DNA of 20,000 nucleotides from Malacoraja senta. Lineage: Eukaryota. The notes under the pieces were generated by a model. The model worked only from the letters and a program-made list of their open reading frames with translations, had not been told where the DNA came from and made no database searches. The DNA is taken from contig JAXLNO010000384.1 of assembly GCA_038087875.1 (NCBI GenBank), forward strand, positions 122,941 through 142,940, given 5' to 3'. This document shows, in pieces, positions 9,565-19,270 of this stretch. Both the position numbers and the translations under genes were made by a program. Each line of letters begins with the position of its first letter. Position 1 is the stretch's first letter.

Positions 9565-9966
9565 CTGATTTCTGGGTGTGGTTCCATTTACTTCATGAAG
9601 GCAGTGGCAAGAAATGAATTTGTCTCCTGGATAGCTGTTCAATTGTGTTTTAATTGGGGCACTTTATGAAGACTGGTTTTCAGTTGATGACTAATTGTTT
9701 TGATTAAGAAGAAAGCAAGGAATTTAAAGTGGTTCTACTTGTACTTGGTTGAGGAAAGTTAAATGTGACCTAGTTGTTAACCACTTGTGTGAAATGGTTT
9801 AATGTTAATTACCCTAATCAAAAGCTTGTTTATTATGAGTCTTATGAAGGACTTTCAGATGAAAGAAATCTGTGTGATGTGTGGAGTGGTCATTCATTGA
9901 ACTTTGGATTGGACAGACAGTTGTAGAGATTTGTAAAGGTATTTGGATGCTCTTGCTCAAAAGGTA

Positions 9967-10327
9967 AAATGCTGGAGTAACTCAGCGGGTCAGGCAGCAT
10001 CTGTGTATGCTCGCCTCCCAAATCGGTCTCATGATTTCACTCTATCCACTTCCACCCGTATCCCTCTTCCAGCTTTACGTTTCACTCTTCTCATCTTACC
10101 ACCTTTTGTATCCTTGTCACCCCTAGCCAATGTCACAACCTATCACCCTCTCCCCCGTATCCACTAATCACATAACAGGCTTTGTCCTGCTCCCACCTCT
10201 TTCCCACTTTCTCTGCCACTCCATCAGTCTGAAAGGGTCCCAACAGGAAACGACAGTATCTGTCCATCCCTTTGTGGTCGGGTAGATGTTGCCTGATCTG
10301 CCAAGTACCTCCAGCACTTTGTTTTGG
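9967..10327. mobile_element. Old degenerate Penelope-like terminal fragments in inverted arrangement
   Basis: TGCTGGAGTAACTCAGCGGGTCAGGCAGCATCTG at the left. Pyrimidine-rich tract, CATCAGTCTGAAAGGGTCC...GAAAC and AGATGTTGCCTGA...CTCCAGCACTTT at the right. Confidence 0.65.
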
Positions 10328-10636
10328 ACCAGGTTACATCCCCTGGTTAAAGTCATCCTAGTTGGCTGCTGTTGCAGGGAAAGTAGTTTAATGTTCATGA
10401 CACTTGTGTTTAACTCATTACAATTAAGTAATCATGCCCCTTCCATTCACCCAACTGTAGCTTTGTTTGGAATTGGTCTAATCTATATTTGGTTTAGTAT
10501 GTTTGTGGCTGTTGCCAGAATCCATTTCCTCTCTCTCTGCTCCTTTCTAAAGGGGTGACCAATTAGTTCTCTGGATTCTGTGTCTGCAGTCGCAAATCCC
10601 ACGGGGAAGAGGAATACAGTGACTATTTTCATTGGA

Positions 10637-10855
10637 AGAGTTGGGAAGGGGAAGGAGGGAGAAAGCACTGAAATTGGAGAATGGGAAGATGTGGCCAGTG
10701 GTGGGATCCCGTTGGAGGTGGCGAAAATGTCGCAGGATTATCTGTTGTATGTGACGTCTGGTAGGATGGAAGGTGAGGACATGGGGACTCTGTCCTTGTT
10801 ACGAGTAGGGGGGGTGGGGAGTAAGAGCGGAGCTGCGGGATATAGAGGCGACCAT
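10637..10855 (-). mobile_element. Fourth partial copy of the internally deleted Penelope-like fragment
   Basis: Matches 4523-4740, including the CACTGAAATTGGAGAATGGGAAGATGTGG deletion junction. Confidence 0.8.
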
Positions 10856-10865
10856 GATAATAGTG

Positions 10866-11055
10866 GTGGAGAAACTCAGCAGGTCAGGCACCATCCCTGG
10901 AGGAAAAGGATGGATGATATTTTTGGGTAAGAACACTTCTTCTGTTCCATCCCAAAATCAATTGTTTCTCCAGAGATGCTGCCTGACCCATTCAGTTACT
11001 CCAGCAATGTGTCTATCTTTTGGTATAACCAGCATCTACAGGTCTTTGTTTCTAC
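10866..11055. mobile_element. Degenerate foldback of Penelope-like terminus
   Basis: GGAGAAACTCAGCAGGTCAGGCACCATCCCTGGAG (about 10868-10902) pairs imperfectly with CTCCAGAGATGCTGCCTGACCCATTCAGTTACTCC (about 10968-11002). Confidence 0.6.
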
Positions 11056-11183
11056 ATTTTACATCAGCCAGATTCAATTTCAGATGTGATCAGGTTAGAG
11101 TATCATCACTTTAGTAAAGATACATCCTTTTATTTCTGATATTGTGCCCTTGGGTCCAAGACTCTCCTACTAGTAGAAACATC

Positions 11184-11906
11184 AGCACTGAAATTTGACA
11201 AACAAGTCAATGCCGTGGTAAAAGCTAGTTTCTTTCAACTTCGGACGATAGCTAAAATAAAACAATTCCTACACTTTGATGACCTTGAAAAGATCATCCA
11301 CACATTAATCTCCTCCCGCCTAGATTACTGCGACTCCCTTTACACTGGCATCAGCCAATCTTCCCTGCCCGCCTGCAACTGGTCCAAAACGCCACAGCGA
11401 GACTCCTGACGGGCACCCGAAAACGGGACCACATCACCCCGATCCTGGCCTCTCTCCACTGGCTCCCTGTGCGGTTCCGTATAAACTTCAAGATCCTCCT
11501 CCATGTCTACAAATACCCTCAATGTGCTTACCCCCACCGACATAAAAAGTCGTCTCACCCACCACTCCACCTCCAGGCCCCTCAGATCGGCCGACTTGGG
11601 GTTGCTGAATATCCCGCGGTCTAGGCATAAGCTCAGGGGCGACCGCGCCTTTGCGGTTGCAGCCCCTAGACTGTGGAACAGCATCCCCTTCCCATCAGAA
11701 CCGCCCCCTCCATCGACTCCTTTAAGTCAAGACTAAACACGTATCTATACCCCCACGCTTTACTTGACGTCCTCTGAGCGAGGGCTATATGTATATATGT
11801 ATGTAGTTTGTTTGTTTATATTATTCTTATAACAAATGTAAAGCACTTTGGCCAACGAGAGTTGTTTTTTAAATGTGCTATATAAATAAATATGACTTGA
11901 CTTGAC
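11184..11906 (+). mobile_element. L2-clade LINE 3' fragment
   Basis: Translation gives VKASFFQLRTIAKIK...LISSRLDYCDSLYTG, HITPILASLHWLPVRFRINFKILL and GDRAFAVAAPRLWNSIP. The 3' UTR has GTAAAGCACTTTG...AAATGTGCTATATAAATAAA and a (TGACT)n tail. Confidence 0.9.
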
Positions 11907-12144
11907 ATCCACTTAGTTCGGAGATAAAGCACAGAATCAGCACAATTACAGTTACACCAGAAAAAAATAATCATTAAAAACCCTGGACACTTCCAATGAA
12001 AACAATTGAAAGGAAAAGAAAGCAGAATTAATCAAAGAAGCAAACACAATTCAGTAGAGAGCGATAGTGTTCTCACCGACCTCATGCCCTGGAGATGTAG
12101 ATCCACATCAGACACAAGGGGAGACTCCTTGTCTCTATCCTGAG

Positions 12145-13164
12145 CACTGCTCCCATCCACAGCCCAGGACCACTGCTCCCATCCACAGCCCAGGACCACT
12201 GCTCCCATCCACAGCCCAGGACCACTGCTCCCATCCACAGCCTGGACCACTGCTCCCATCCACTGCCCAGGACCACTGCTCCCATCCACTGCCCAGGACC
12301 CTGCTCCCATCCACAGCCCAGGACCACTGCTCCCCATCCACAGCCCATGACCACTGCTCCCATCCACAGCCCAGGACCACTGCTCCCATCCACAGCCCAG
12401 GACCACTGCTCCCATCCACAGCCCAGGACCGCTGCTCCCATCCACAGCCCAGGACCACTGCTCCCCATCCACAGCCCAGGACCACTGCTCCCATCCACAG
12501 CCCAGGACCACTGCTTCCATCCACAGCCCAGGACCACTGCTTCCATCCACAGCCCAGGACCACTGCTTCCATCCACAGCCCAGGACCACTGCTCCCATCC
12601 ACAGCCCAGGACCACTGCTCCCATCCACAGCCCAGGACCACTGCTCCCATCCACAGCCCAGGAACACTGCTCCCATCCACAGCCCAGGACCACTGCTCCC
12701 ATCCACAGCCCCAAGACCACTGCTCCCATCCACAGCCCAGGACCACTGCTGCCATCCACAGCCGAGGACCACTGCCATCCACAGCCCAGGACCACTGCTC
12801 CCATCCACTGCCCAGGACCACTGCTCCCATCCACTGCCCAGGACCACTGCTCCCATCCACTGCCCAGGACCACTGCTCCCATCCACAACCCAGGACCACT
12901 GCTCCTCACGACAGCCCAGGACAACTGCTCCCATCCACAGCCCAGGACCACTGCTCCCATCCACAGCCAAGGACCACTGCTCCCATCCAGAGCCAAGAAC
13001 CACTGCTCCCATCCACAGCCCAGGACCACTGCTCCCCCACCACAGCCCAGGACCACTGCTCCCATCAACAGCCCAGGACCACTGCTCCCATCCACAGCCC
13101 AGCACCACTGCTCCCATCCACAGCCCAGGACCAAAGCTTCCATCCACAGCCCAGAACAACTGCA
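12145..13164. repeat. 26-bp minisatellite, about 39 units
   Basis: Unit CACTGCTCCCATCCACAGCCCAGGAC. The 26-aa period across three units is seen in the overlapping ORFs. Confidence 0.97.
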
Positions 13165-13404
13165 CTCAGACACTCACACAATTCCCCCTTTGATACACAG
13201 CAGCTGACAATTTCCTTATCAGCTTCAATCAAGCCAATTATCACATTAACCCTTCGCCCGCCAGTGGCCAATCAATGTTGTTGCACACATCATGATATCC
13301 ACCTGGGGCAGTAGTTGTCTGCGGGACAATTATTGCCCTCCGCCTTGTTGCTCTTTGCTTGCGGCTGCTTGCATTTCCTTAAGTCAGAGACGAACTTTAA
13401 ACAC

Positions 13405-13574
13405 AGAATAAGAATTAGGCCATTCGGCCCATCGAGTCTACCCCACCATTAAATCATGGCTGATCTAACTCTCCCTCCTAACCCCATTATCCTGCCTTCT
13501 CCCCATAACCCCTGACACCCGCACTAATCAACTATCTATCTCTGCCTTAAATATATCCACTGACCTGTGGCCTC
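13405..13574 (-). mobile_element. CR1 3' end fragment
   Basis: AGGCCATTCGGCCCATCGAG...CCATTAAATCATGGCTGATC is the reverse complement of the CR1 3' UTR. It translates to VDIFKAEID. Confidence 0.82.
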
Positions 13575-13608
13575 GGGGGGGGGGGGGGGGAGAGGAGGGA
13601 GAGAGAGA

Positions 13609-13705
<97 letters not shown>

Positions 13706-13826
13706 AATAAATACATAAATAAATAAATTGACAGATAAATAGATAAATAAATAAATAAATAAATAAATAAATAGATAGATAGACAAATAAATAAATTGAT
13801 AAATAGATAAATAAATAAATAAATAA
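13575..13826. repeat. Compound simple repeat: poly-G, (GA)n, (TAAA/TAGA)n
   Basis: Directly visible. Confidence 0.97.
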
Positions 13827-13829
13827 TTA

Positions 13830-14535
13830 TCCTTGCTGCGCTCCCTCAATAGCAAGAATGTCCTTCCTCAAATTTGGACAACAAAACTGCACACGATACT
13901 CCAGGTGTGGTCTCACAAGGGTCCTGTACAACTGCACGGCTCCTACTTACTCCCCCAAGCTGGCTAACTTTGCTCCTATACTCAGCTGTCTTGTTATAAA
14001 GGCCAACATGCCATTTGATATCTTCACTAGCTGCTGTAACTGCATGCTTACTTTTATTGACTGATGAACAAGGACCCCCCAGATCCCGTTGTACTTCCCC
14101 TTTTCCTTTGACACCATTCACATAATAATCTGCCTTCCTGTTTTTGCAACCAAAGTGGATAACCTCACATTTATCCACATTAAACTGCATCTGCCATGCT
14201 TCTGGCCACTCACCCAACCTGTCCAAGTCACCCTGCATTCTCATAGCATCCTCCTCACAGTTCACACTGCCACTCAGCTTTCTGTCATCTGCAAATTTGC
14301 TAATGTTCCTTGTAATCCCTTCATCTAAATCATTGATGTATATTGTAAATAGCTGCGGTCCCAGCACCGAGCCTCGCAGTACCCAACTAGTCACTGCCTG
14401 CCATTCTGAAAGGGACCCGTTAATCCCCACTCTTTGTTTCCTGTCTGCCAACCAATTTTCTATCCATGTCAGCACTCTACCTCAATACCATGTGCCCTAA
14501 TTTTGCCCACTAATCTCCTATGTGGGACCTTATCA
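13830..14535 (-). mobile_element. CR1 LINE RT fragment
   Basis: ORF 13846-14475 gives WIENWLADRKQRVGING...GSVLGPQLFTIYINDL...KFADD...KCEVIHFG. Confidence 0.92.
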
Positions 14536-14539
14536 CTGG

Positions 14540-14681
14540 GTCTTCCCCTTCCCCCTTGAACCAGGTGAGCACAGCTACTACTCATCCACACCCACATCAG
14601 TCTGAAGAAGGGTCTCGACCCGAATCGTCACCTATTCCTTCTCTCCATGGATGCTGCCTCACCCGCTGAGTTACTCCAGCA
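14540..14681 (+). mobile_element. Penelope-like terminal fragment
   Basis: CATCAGTCTGAAGAAGGGTCTCGACCCGAATCGTCACCTATTCC...CGCTGAGTTACTCCAGCA. Confidence 0.8.
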
Positions 14682-14857
14682 ACACTAGTAGATGTGGACT
14701 CCATGGCCAAAGCAAAGATCGGAGTGCGGAAACGGAAGCCGGTTACGGAAATGGGGCCGCACATCACCCATGAATCTACCTATGACCGTACTACGTCTTT
14801 TTCGTCGAGTGCACTATCTTGCTCGCTATAGGATCCTTGATGCCCACGATCCCCTTT

Positions 14858-15475
14858 GGATTTGAGTATAGGAGCAGGGAGGTTCTACTGCAGTTGTACA
14901 GGGTCTTGGTGAGACCACACCTGGAGTATTGTGTACAACTTTGGTCTCCTAATCTGAGGAAAGACATTCTTGCCATAGAGGGAGTACACAGAAGGTTCAC
15001 CAGACTGATTCCTGGGATGTCAGGACTTTCATATGAAGAAAGACTGGATAGACTCGTCTTGTACTCGCTAGAATCTAGAAGATTGAGGGGGGGGGATCTT
15101 ATTGAAACTTACAAAATTCTTAAGGGTTGGACAGGCTAGATGCAGGAAGATTTTTCCCGATGTTGGGGAAGTCCAGGGACAAGAGGTCACAGTTTAAGGA
15201 ATAAAAGGGAAATCTTTTAGGACCGAGATGAGAAAAACATTTTTCACACAGAGAGTTGTGAATCTGTGGAATTCGCTGCCACAGAAGGTAGTTGAGGCCA
15301 GTTCATTGGCTATATTTAAGACTTAGATATGGCCCTTGTGGCTAAAGGGTATGGGGAGAAGCAGGTACAGGATACTGTGTTGGATGATCAGCCATGATCA
15401 TATTGAATGGCGGTGTAGACTCGAAGGGCCGAATGGCCTACTCCTGCACCTATTTTCTATGTTTCTATGTTTCTA
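14858..15475 (+). mobile_element. CR1 3' fragment, different subfamily
   Basis: Translation gives EYRSREVLLQLYRVLVRPHLEYCVQLWSP...LSYEERLDRL. The tail is (TTTCTATG)n, unlike the (CTATTGT)n tail of the copies at left. Confidence 0.9.
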
Positions 15476-15638
15476 CGAGAGAGACCTAGATAGAGCTCTT
15501 AAAGATAGTGGACTCAGGGGATATGCGGAGAAGGCAGGAATGGGGTACTGGTTGTGGTTGATCAGCCGTGATCACATTGAATCGCGGTGCTAGCTCGAAG
15601 GGCCGAATGGCCTCTACTCCTGCACCGATTGTCTATTG
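15476..15638 (+). mobile_element. Short CR1 3' end
   Basis: Matches about 757-908 (GAGAGA.CTAGATAG...GATCACATTGAAT...TTGTCTATTG). Confidence 0.8.
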
Positions 15639-16048
15639 AGCTTCCCTGTGGGAGGATAGCATTAGGTCCCAGCGCGGTCAGACCACGTGGTGTGAGAGTC
15701 TGCAGCGTAGACTCCATGCCCGGTGCTGGGCCTAGGACACTGGTAAGGTGACGGCTGTAGCCCACTGGTGGGTGGTGGAGTGGCCAGGGCTGGTCGGATG
15801 CCCACGGGGAGTGGAATGGCACGCGGGCGAAGTGCCGGTCAGCGGAATGAACGGGAAGGCAGCGAGGGTCGGCGTTGTCGGTGAGTCGGTGAAGGTCGGC
15901 GGCAACGGCCACGGGTGCGGCCGCGCGGGGAGGTCAACGACAGCGGCATCCTTGGTGGTCCAGGCCCGAGATTGGTCAGCAAGGCGGTGAGTGTTGGTGC
16001 TGCTCCTCGTGGCAGCAATGTTGTCGCGGGGCTGTCAGTTCCGCCTGT

Positions 16049-16305
16049 CCCTTACTCCCCCAAGCTGGCTACTTCCCATCCCCTTACCCCCCAAGCTGGC
16101 TACCTCCCATTCCCCTTACTCCCCCAAGCTGGTTACCTCCCATTCCCCTTACTCCCCCAAGCTGGCTACCTCCCATTCCCTTACTCCCCGAACCTGGCAA
16201 CCTCCCATCGCCCTTACTCCCCCAAGCTGGCCTGGCTCCCATTCCCCTTGCTCCCCCAAGCTGGCTACCTCTCCCATCCACCTTACTCCCCCAAGCTGGC
16301 CTGTC
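16049..16305. repeat. 33-bp C-rich minisatellite, about 8 units
   Basis: Unit CCCCTTACTCCCCCAAGCTGGCTACCTCCCATT, giving the 11-aa period YSPKLATSHSP. Confidence 0.93.
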
Positions 16306-16342
16306 TCCCACCGCACTGTCACGGGCGGTGGAGCCGGCAGCG

Positions 16343-16363
16343 CACACACACACACACACACAC
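16343..16363. repeat. (CA)n microsatellite
   Basis: Directly visible. Confidence 0.9.
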
Positions 16364-16513
16364 GCGGAGCGGGGCCGCGGAGCCGGGCAGCGGACACACG
16401 GGGCCATAAACCCGGCAACATCCCCGTCAGCTGCAGCAGAGTTGGGGACAGACTGATCCCTGCACCCACCCAGCGCCACTGACCGCGCTGCACCGGCACC
16501 ACGACCCCCCTAC

Positions 16514-16757
16514 CAGGGTGATTCACACCCCCCCGACCCACACCGGGGTGTTTCACCCCCCCGAACCTCACACAGTGCTGATTCACCCCCCACCCGACCC
16601 ACACACTGGAGTGATTCAACCCCCTCCCCGACATACACACTGGAGTGATTCACCCCGACCCGACCCACACACTGTGGTGATTCACCCTTCCCGGACCCCC
16701 ACATGGGGTGATTCACCCCCCCACCCCCCGGACCCCCACAATGGGGTGATTCACCCG
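16514..16757. repeat. Degenerate approximately 32-bp tandem repeat with palindromic GGGGTGATTCACCCC core, about 8 units
   Basis: GTGATTCACCC-like cores recur every 30-36 bp, separated by CCCGACCCACAC-like linkers. Confidence 0.85.
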
Positions 16758-17589
16758 GTGCCGGGCTGCCTCTCGCCCTGCTGCCGCCAAACACCAAACG
16801 ATATTGCCAAGTGCAGGAACTATCTTTGAAGTATTGGGGAGGTGTGCGACTGCCCTACGGCGACAAATATGCATGGAGGCGAGAATATATTTCTTATCAT
16901 TTCTGGAGATGGTTGGCATTTTCTTTCATTATTGATAGTGCAACCTAAATTCTGAAGATTTCCAAAGAGTACAGTTGTCAAAGTTCGTCTCTTAAAGAAA
17001 GCAGACAGCAACAAAATTGTTATAGGTAAACCAAAGCAATCTTTTAATCAATTTGCCAGAGGGGAGTGGCGAGATCTACAAAGAGCACACACGGGCTCCA
17101 CTCAAAGAACATACGAAAGTTAGTAATTATACATTTTCTTATCAATAAAACACACCTAAATCTGAGTGAAAGATCCGTAGCCTAAGGGAAACAAGGGAGG
17201 CTGGACCCATATATTTGCAATGTCAGCCTTATTCTCAAATCTTGGCACAGCTTCAGTACAGCTGCCCATTCCGGAAGGACAACTAACTCCATTTTGTTTT
17301 CAAATGACTTCCATCTTGGTTCCAGAATGGGCATCCGTCTGTGAACTAAAACAAGCTTGTAAGACTTGGATGAAAGCCACTACCTTGTCCTTAGCTGGGA
17401 CAGGCAGTTCAGACACATATCTAATATGGTGCTGTGCCCAGAGAATACATCTCTATGTTAATACATTGTCAATACATTGTTTCAATGATTAGTACAAACC
17501 AAGCTTCTAAGATTTCCATAATTTTATTCTGCTTGGAAAATTCACTTTTAAATTTGACTGCTTTCTGTTTTTCAGCAACTTTAAAAGCA

Positions 17590-17890
17590 ACGGTGTGCAA
17601 GCAGGCTGGAGGAGCGGGCAAAGGCCTTGCCACAGAGCGGGCAGGTAAAGGGGTGCTGGCCGGTGTGGACTCGCCGGTGCTCCAGCAGGTGGTCAAGTCG
17701 GGTGAAGCCCTTTCCACAGGACGGGCAGGGGAAGGGACGCTCACCGCTGTGGGTACGCCGGTGCTGCCACAGGCTGGACATGCGGTTGAAACCCTTGCCA
17801 CACTCAGTGCACACAAAGGGTGTGTCTCCAGTGTGTATCAGCTGGTGCTCCCCAGCCCCCGTGCTCTTCTTGTCACAGTGGGAGCAGCTG
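17590..17890 (-). pseudogene. Three to four additional out-of-frame C2H2 fingers downstream of the stop, truncated
   Basis: CSHC (degenerate), CTECGKGFNRMSSLWQHRRTH, CPSCGKGFTRLDHLLEHRRVH and CPLCGKAFARSSSLLAHR, then an abrupt switch to AT-rich DNA. Confidence 0.8.
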
Positions 17891-19270
17891 CTCGCCGGCG
17901 TGGGTCCGCCGGTGCTGCCGCAACCCCAGCGAGCTGTCAAACTCCTCACTGCAGTACGGGCAGTCGTAGGGCTGGCCACTTTTGTGCACGCGCTGGTGAG
18001 ACAGGGGGTGGGAGGCCATGGTAAAGCGCTCTCCACACACCGGGCTGGGGACGGGACAGTCGCCGGCGTGCAGCTGCTGGTGGGACAGATGATAGGTGGA
18101 GCGGGTGAAACCCTTGCCGCACTGGGCGCAGGTGTAGGGGCGCTCCCCTGTGTGGGTGCGCTGGTGCTCCCAGCAGGCTGCTGGACTTGGTGAAGCCCTT
18201 GCCGCAGTAGCTGCAGGTGTACGGACGCTCGCCAGTGTGGGTGCGCTGGTGCACCAGCAGGGTGCTGGAATGGGTGAAGCCCTTGCCGCAGCGGGCGCAG
18301 GTGTAGGGTCGCTCACCAGTGTGGGTGCGCTGGTGGAACAGCAGGGTGCTGGAATGGGTGAAGCCCTTGCCGCACTGGGCGCAGGTGTAGGGGCGCTCGC
18401 CGGTGTGGGTGCGCTGGTGGGACAGCATATTGCCGGAGTGGGTGAAGCCCTTGCCGCACTGGGGGCAGGTGTAGGGGCACTCGCCGGTGTGTATGCGCTG
18501 GTGCACCTGCAGGGTGCTGGAGTGGGTGAAGCCTTTGCCGCACTGGGCGCAGGTGTAAGGGCGCTCGCCGGTGTGGGTGCGCTGGTGGGACAGCAGGTGA
18601 CCGGACTGGGTGAAGCCCTTGCCGCAGTCGCTGCAGGTGTAGGGTCGTTCCCCCGGTGTGCAGGCGCCTGTGCACCTTCAGTTCCGTCGACGACTTGTAA
18701 CCCTTGCCGCAGTCGCTGCAGGTGTAGGGACGCTCGCTGGTGTGGGTGCGTTGGTGCACCAGCAGAATGCAGGACTGGATGAAGCCCTTGCCGCAGTCGC
18801 TGCAGGTGTAGGGGATCTCGCCGGTGTGGGTGTGCTGGTGGGACAGCAGCTTGCTGGAGGAGGTGAAGCCCTTGCCGCACTGGGCGCAGGTGTAGGGGCG
18901 CTCGCCAGTGTGGGACCGCTGGTGGGACAGCAGTTTGCTGGAATGGGTGAAGCCCTTGCCACACTGGGCGCAGGTGTAGGGGCGCTCGCCAGTGTGGGAG
19001 CGTTGGTGGGACAGCAGGTTGCTGGAGCGGGTGAAGACCTTGCCGCAGTCACTGCAGATGTAGGGTCGTTTCCCCGGTGTGCAGGCGCCTGTGCACCTTC
19101 AGTTCCGGCGACGACTTGAAGCTCTTGCCGCAGTCGGAGCAGTCGAAGGGGCGTTCTCCCGTGTGAACCCGCCGGTGGATCTCCAGCAGGCTCGGGCGCT
19201 GACACACCTTGCCACACACGTCGCACTCATAACGCTTCTCCTTATTGTACCCCCTCATGTGGTCCTCCAT
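17873..19270 (-). pseudogene. Multi-C2H2 zinc-finger gene (about 16 fingers); three +1 frameshifts as written, so pseudogene or sequencing error
   Basis: Starts MEDHMRGYNKEKRYECDVCGK, with an 84-bp period of CxxCGKGF...[11 protein letters not shown]. Frame changes at about 19071, 18650 and 18169. After correction it ends HRRTHAGEQLLPL* at 17873. Confidence 0.9.

Noticed and set aside
12032..13314. Long Trp/Gly-rich or Pro/His-rich ORFs
   Set aside because: They are by-products of a stop-free 26-bp repeat. The period is not a multiple of 3 and indels between units are tolerated.
13528..13855. LSLSLS / IYLF ORFs
   Set aside because: They are translations of microsatellites.
15915..16829. ORFs over the 33-bp and approximately 32-bp repeats
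   Set aside because: They are low-complexity repeat translations with no recognisable domain.
17873..19270. Assigning a specific ZNF gene symbol
   Set aside because: Tandem C2H2 arrays cannot be given orthology from sequence inspection alone.
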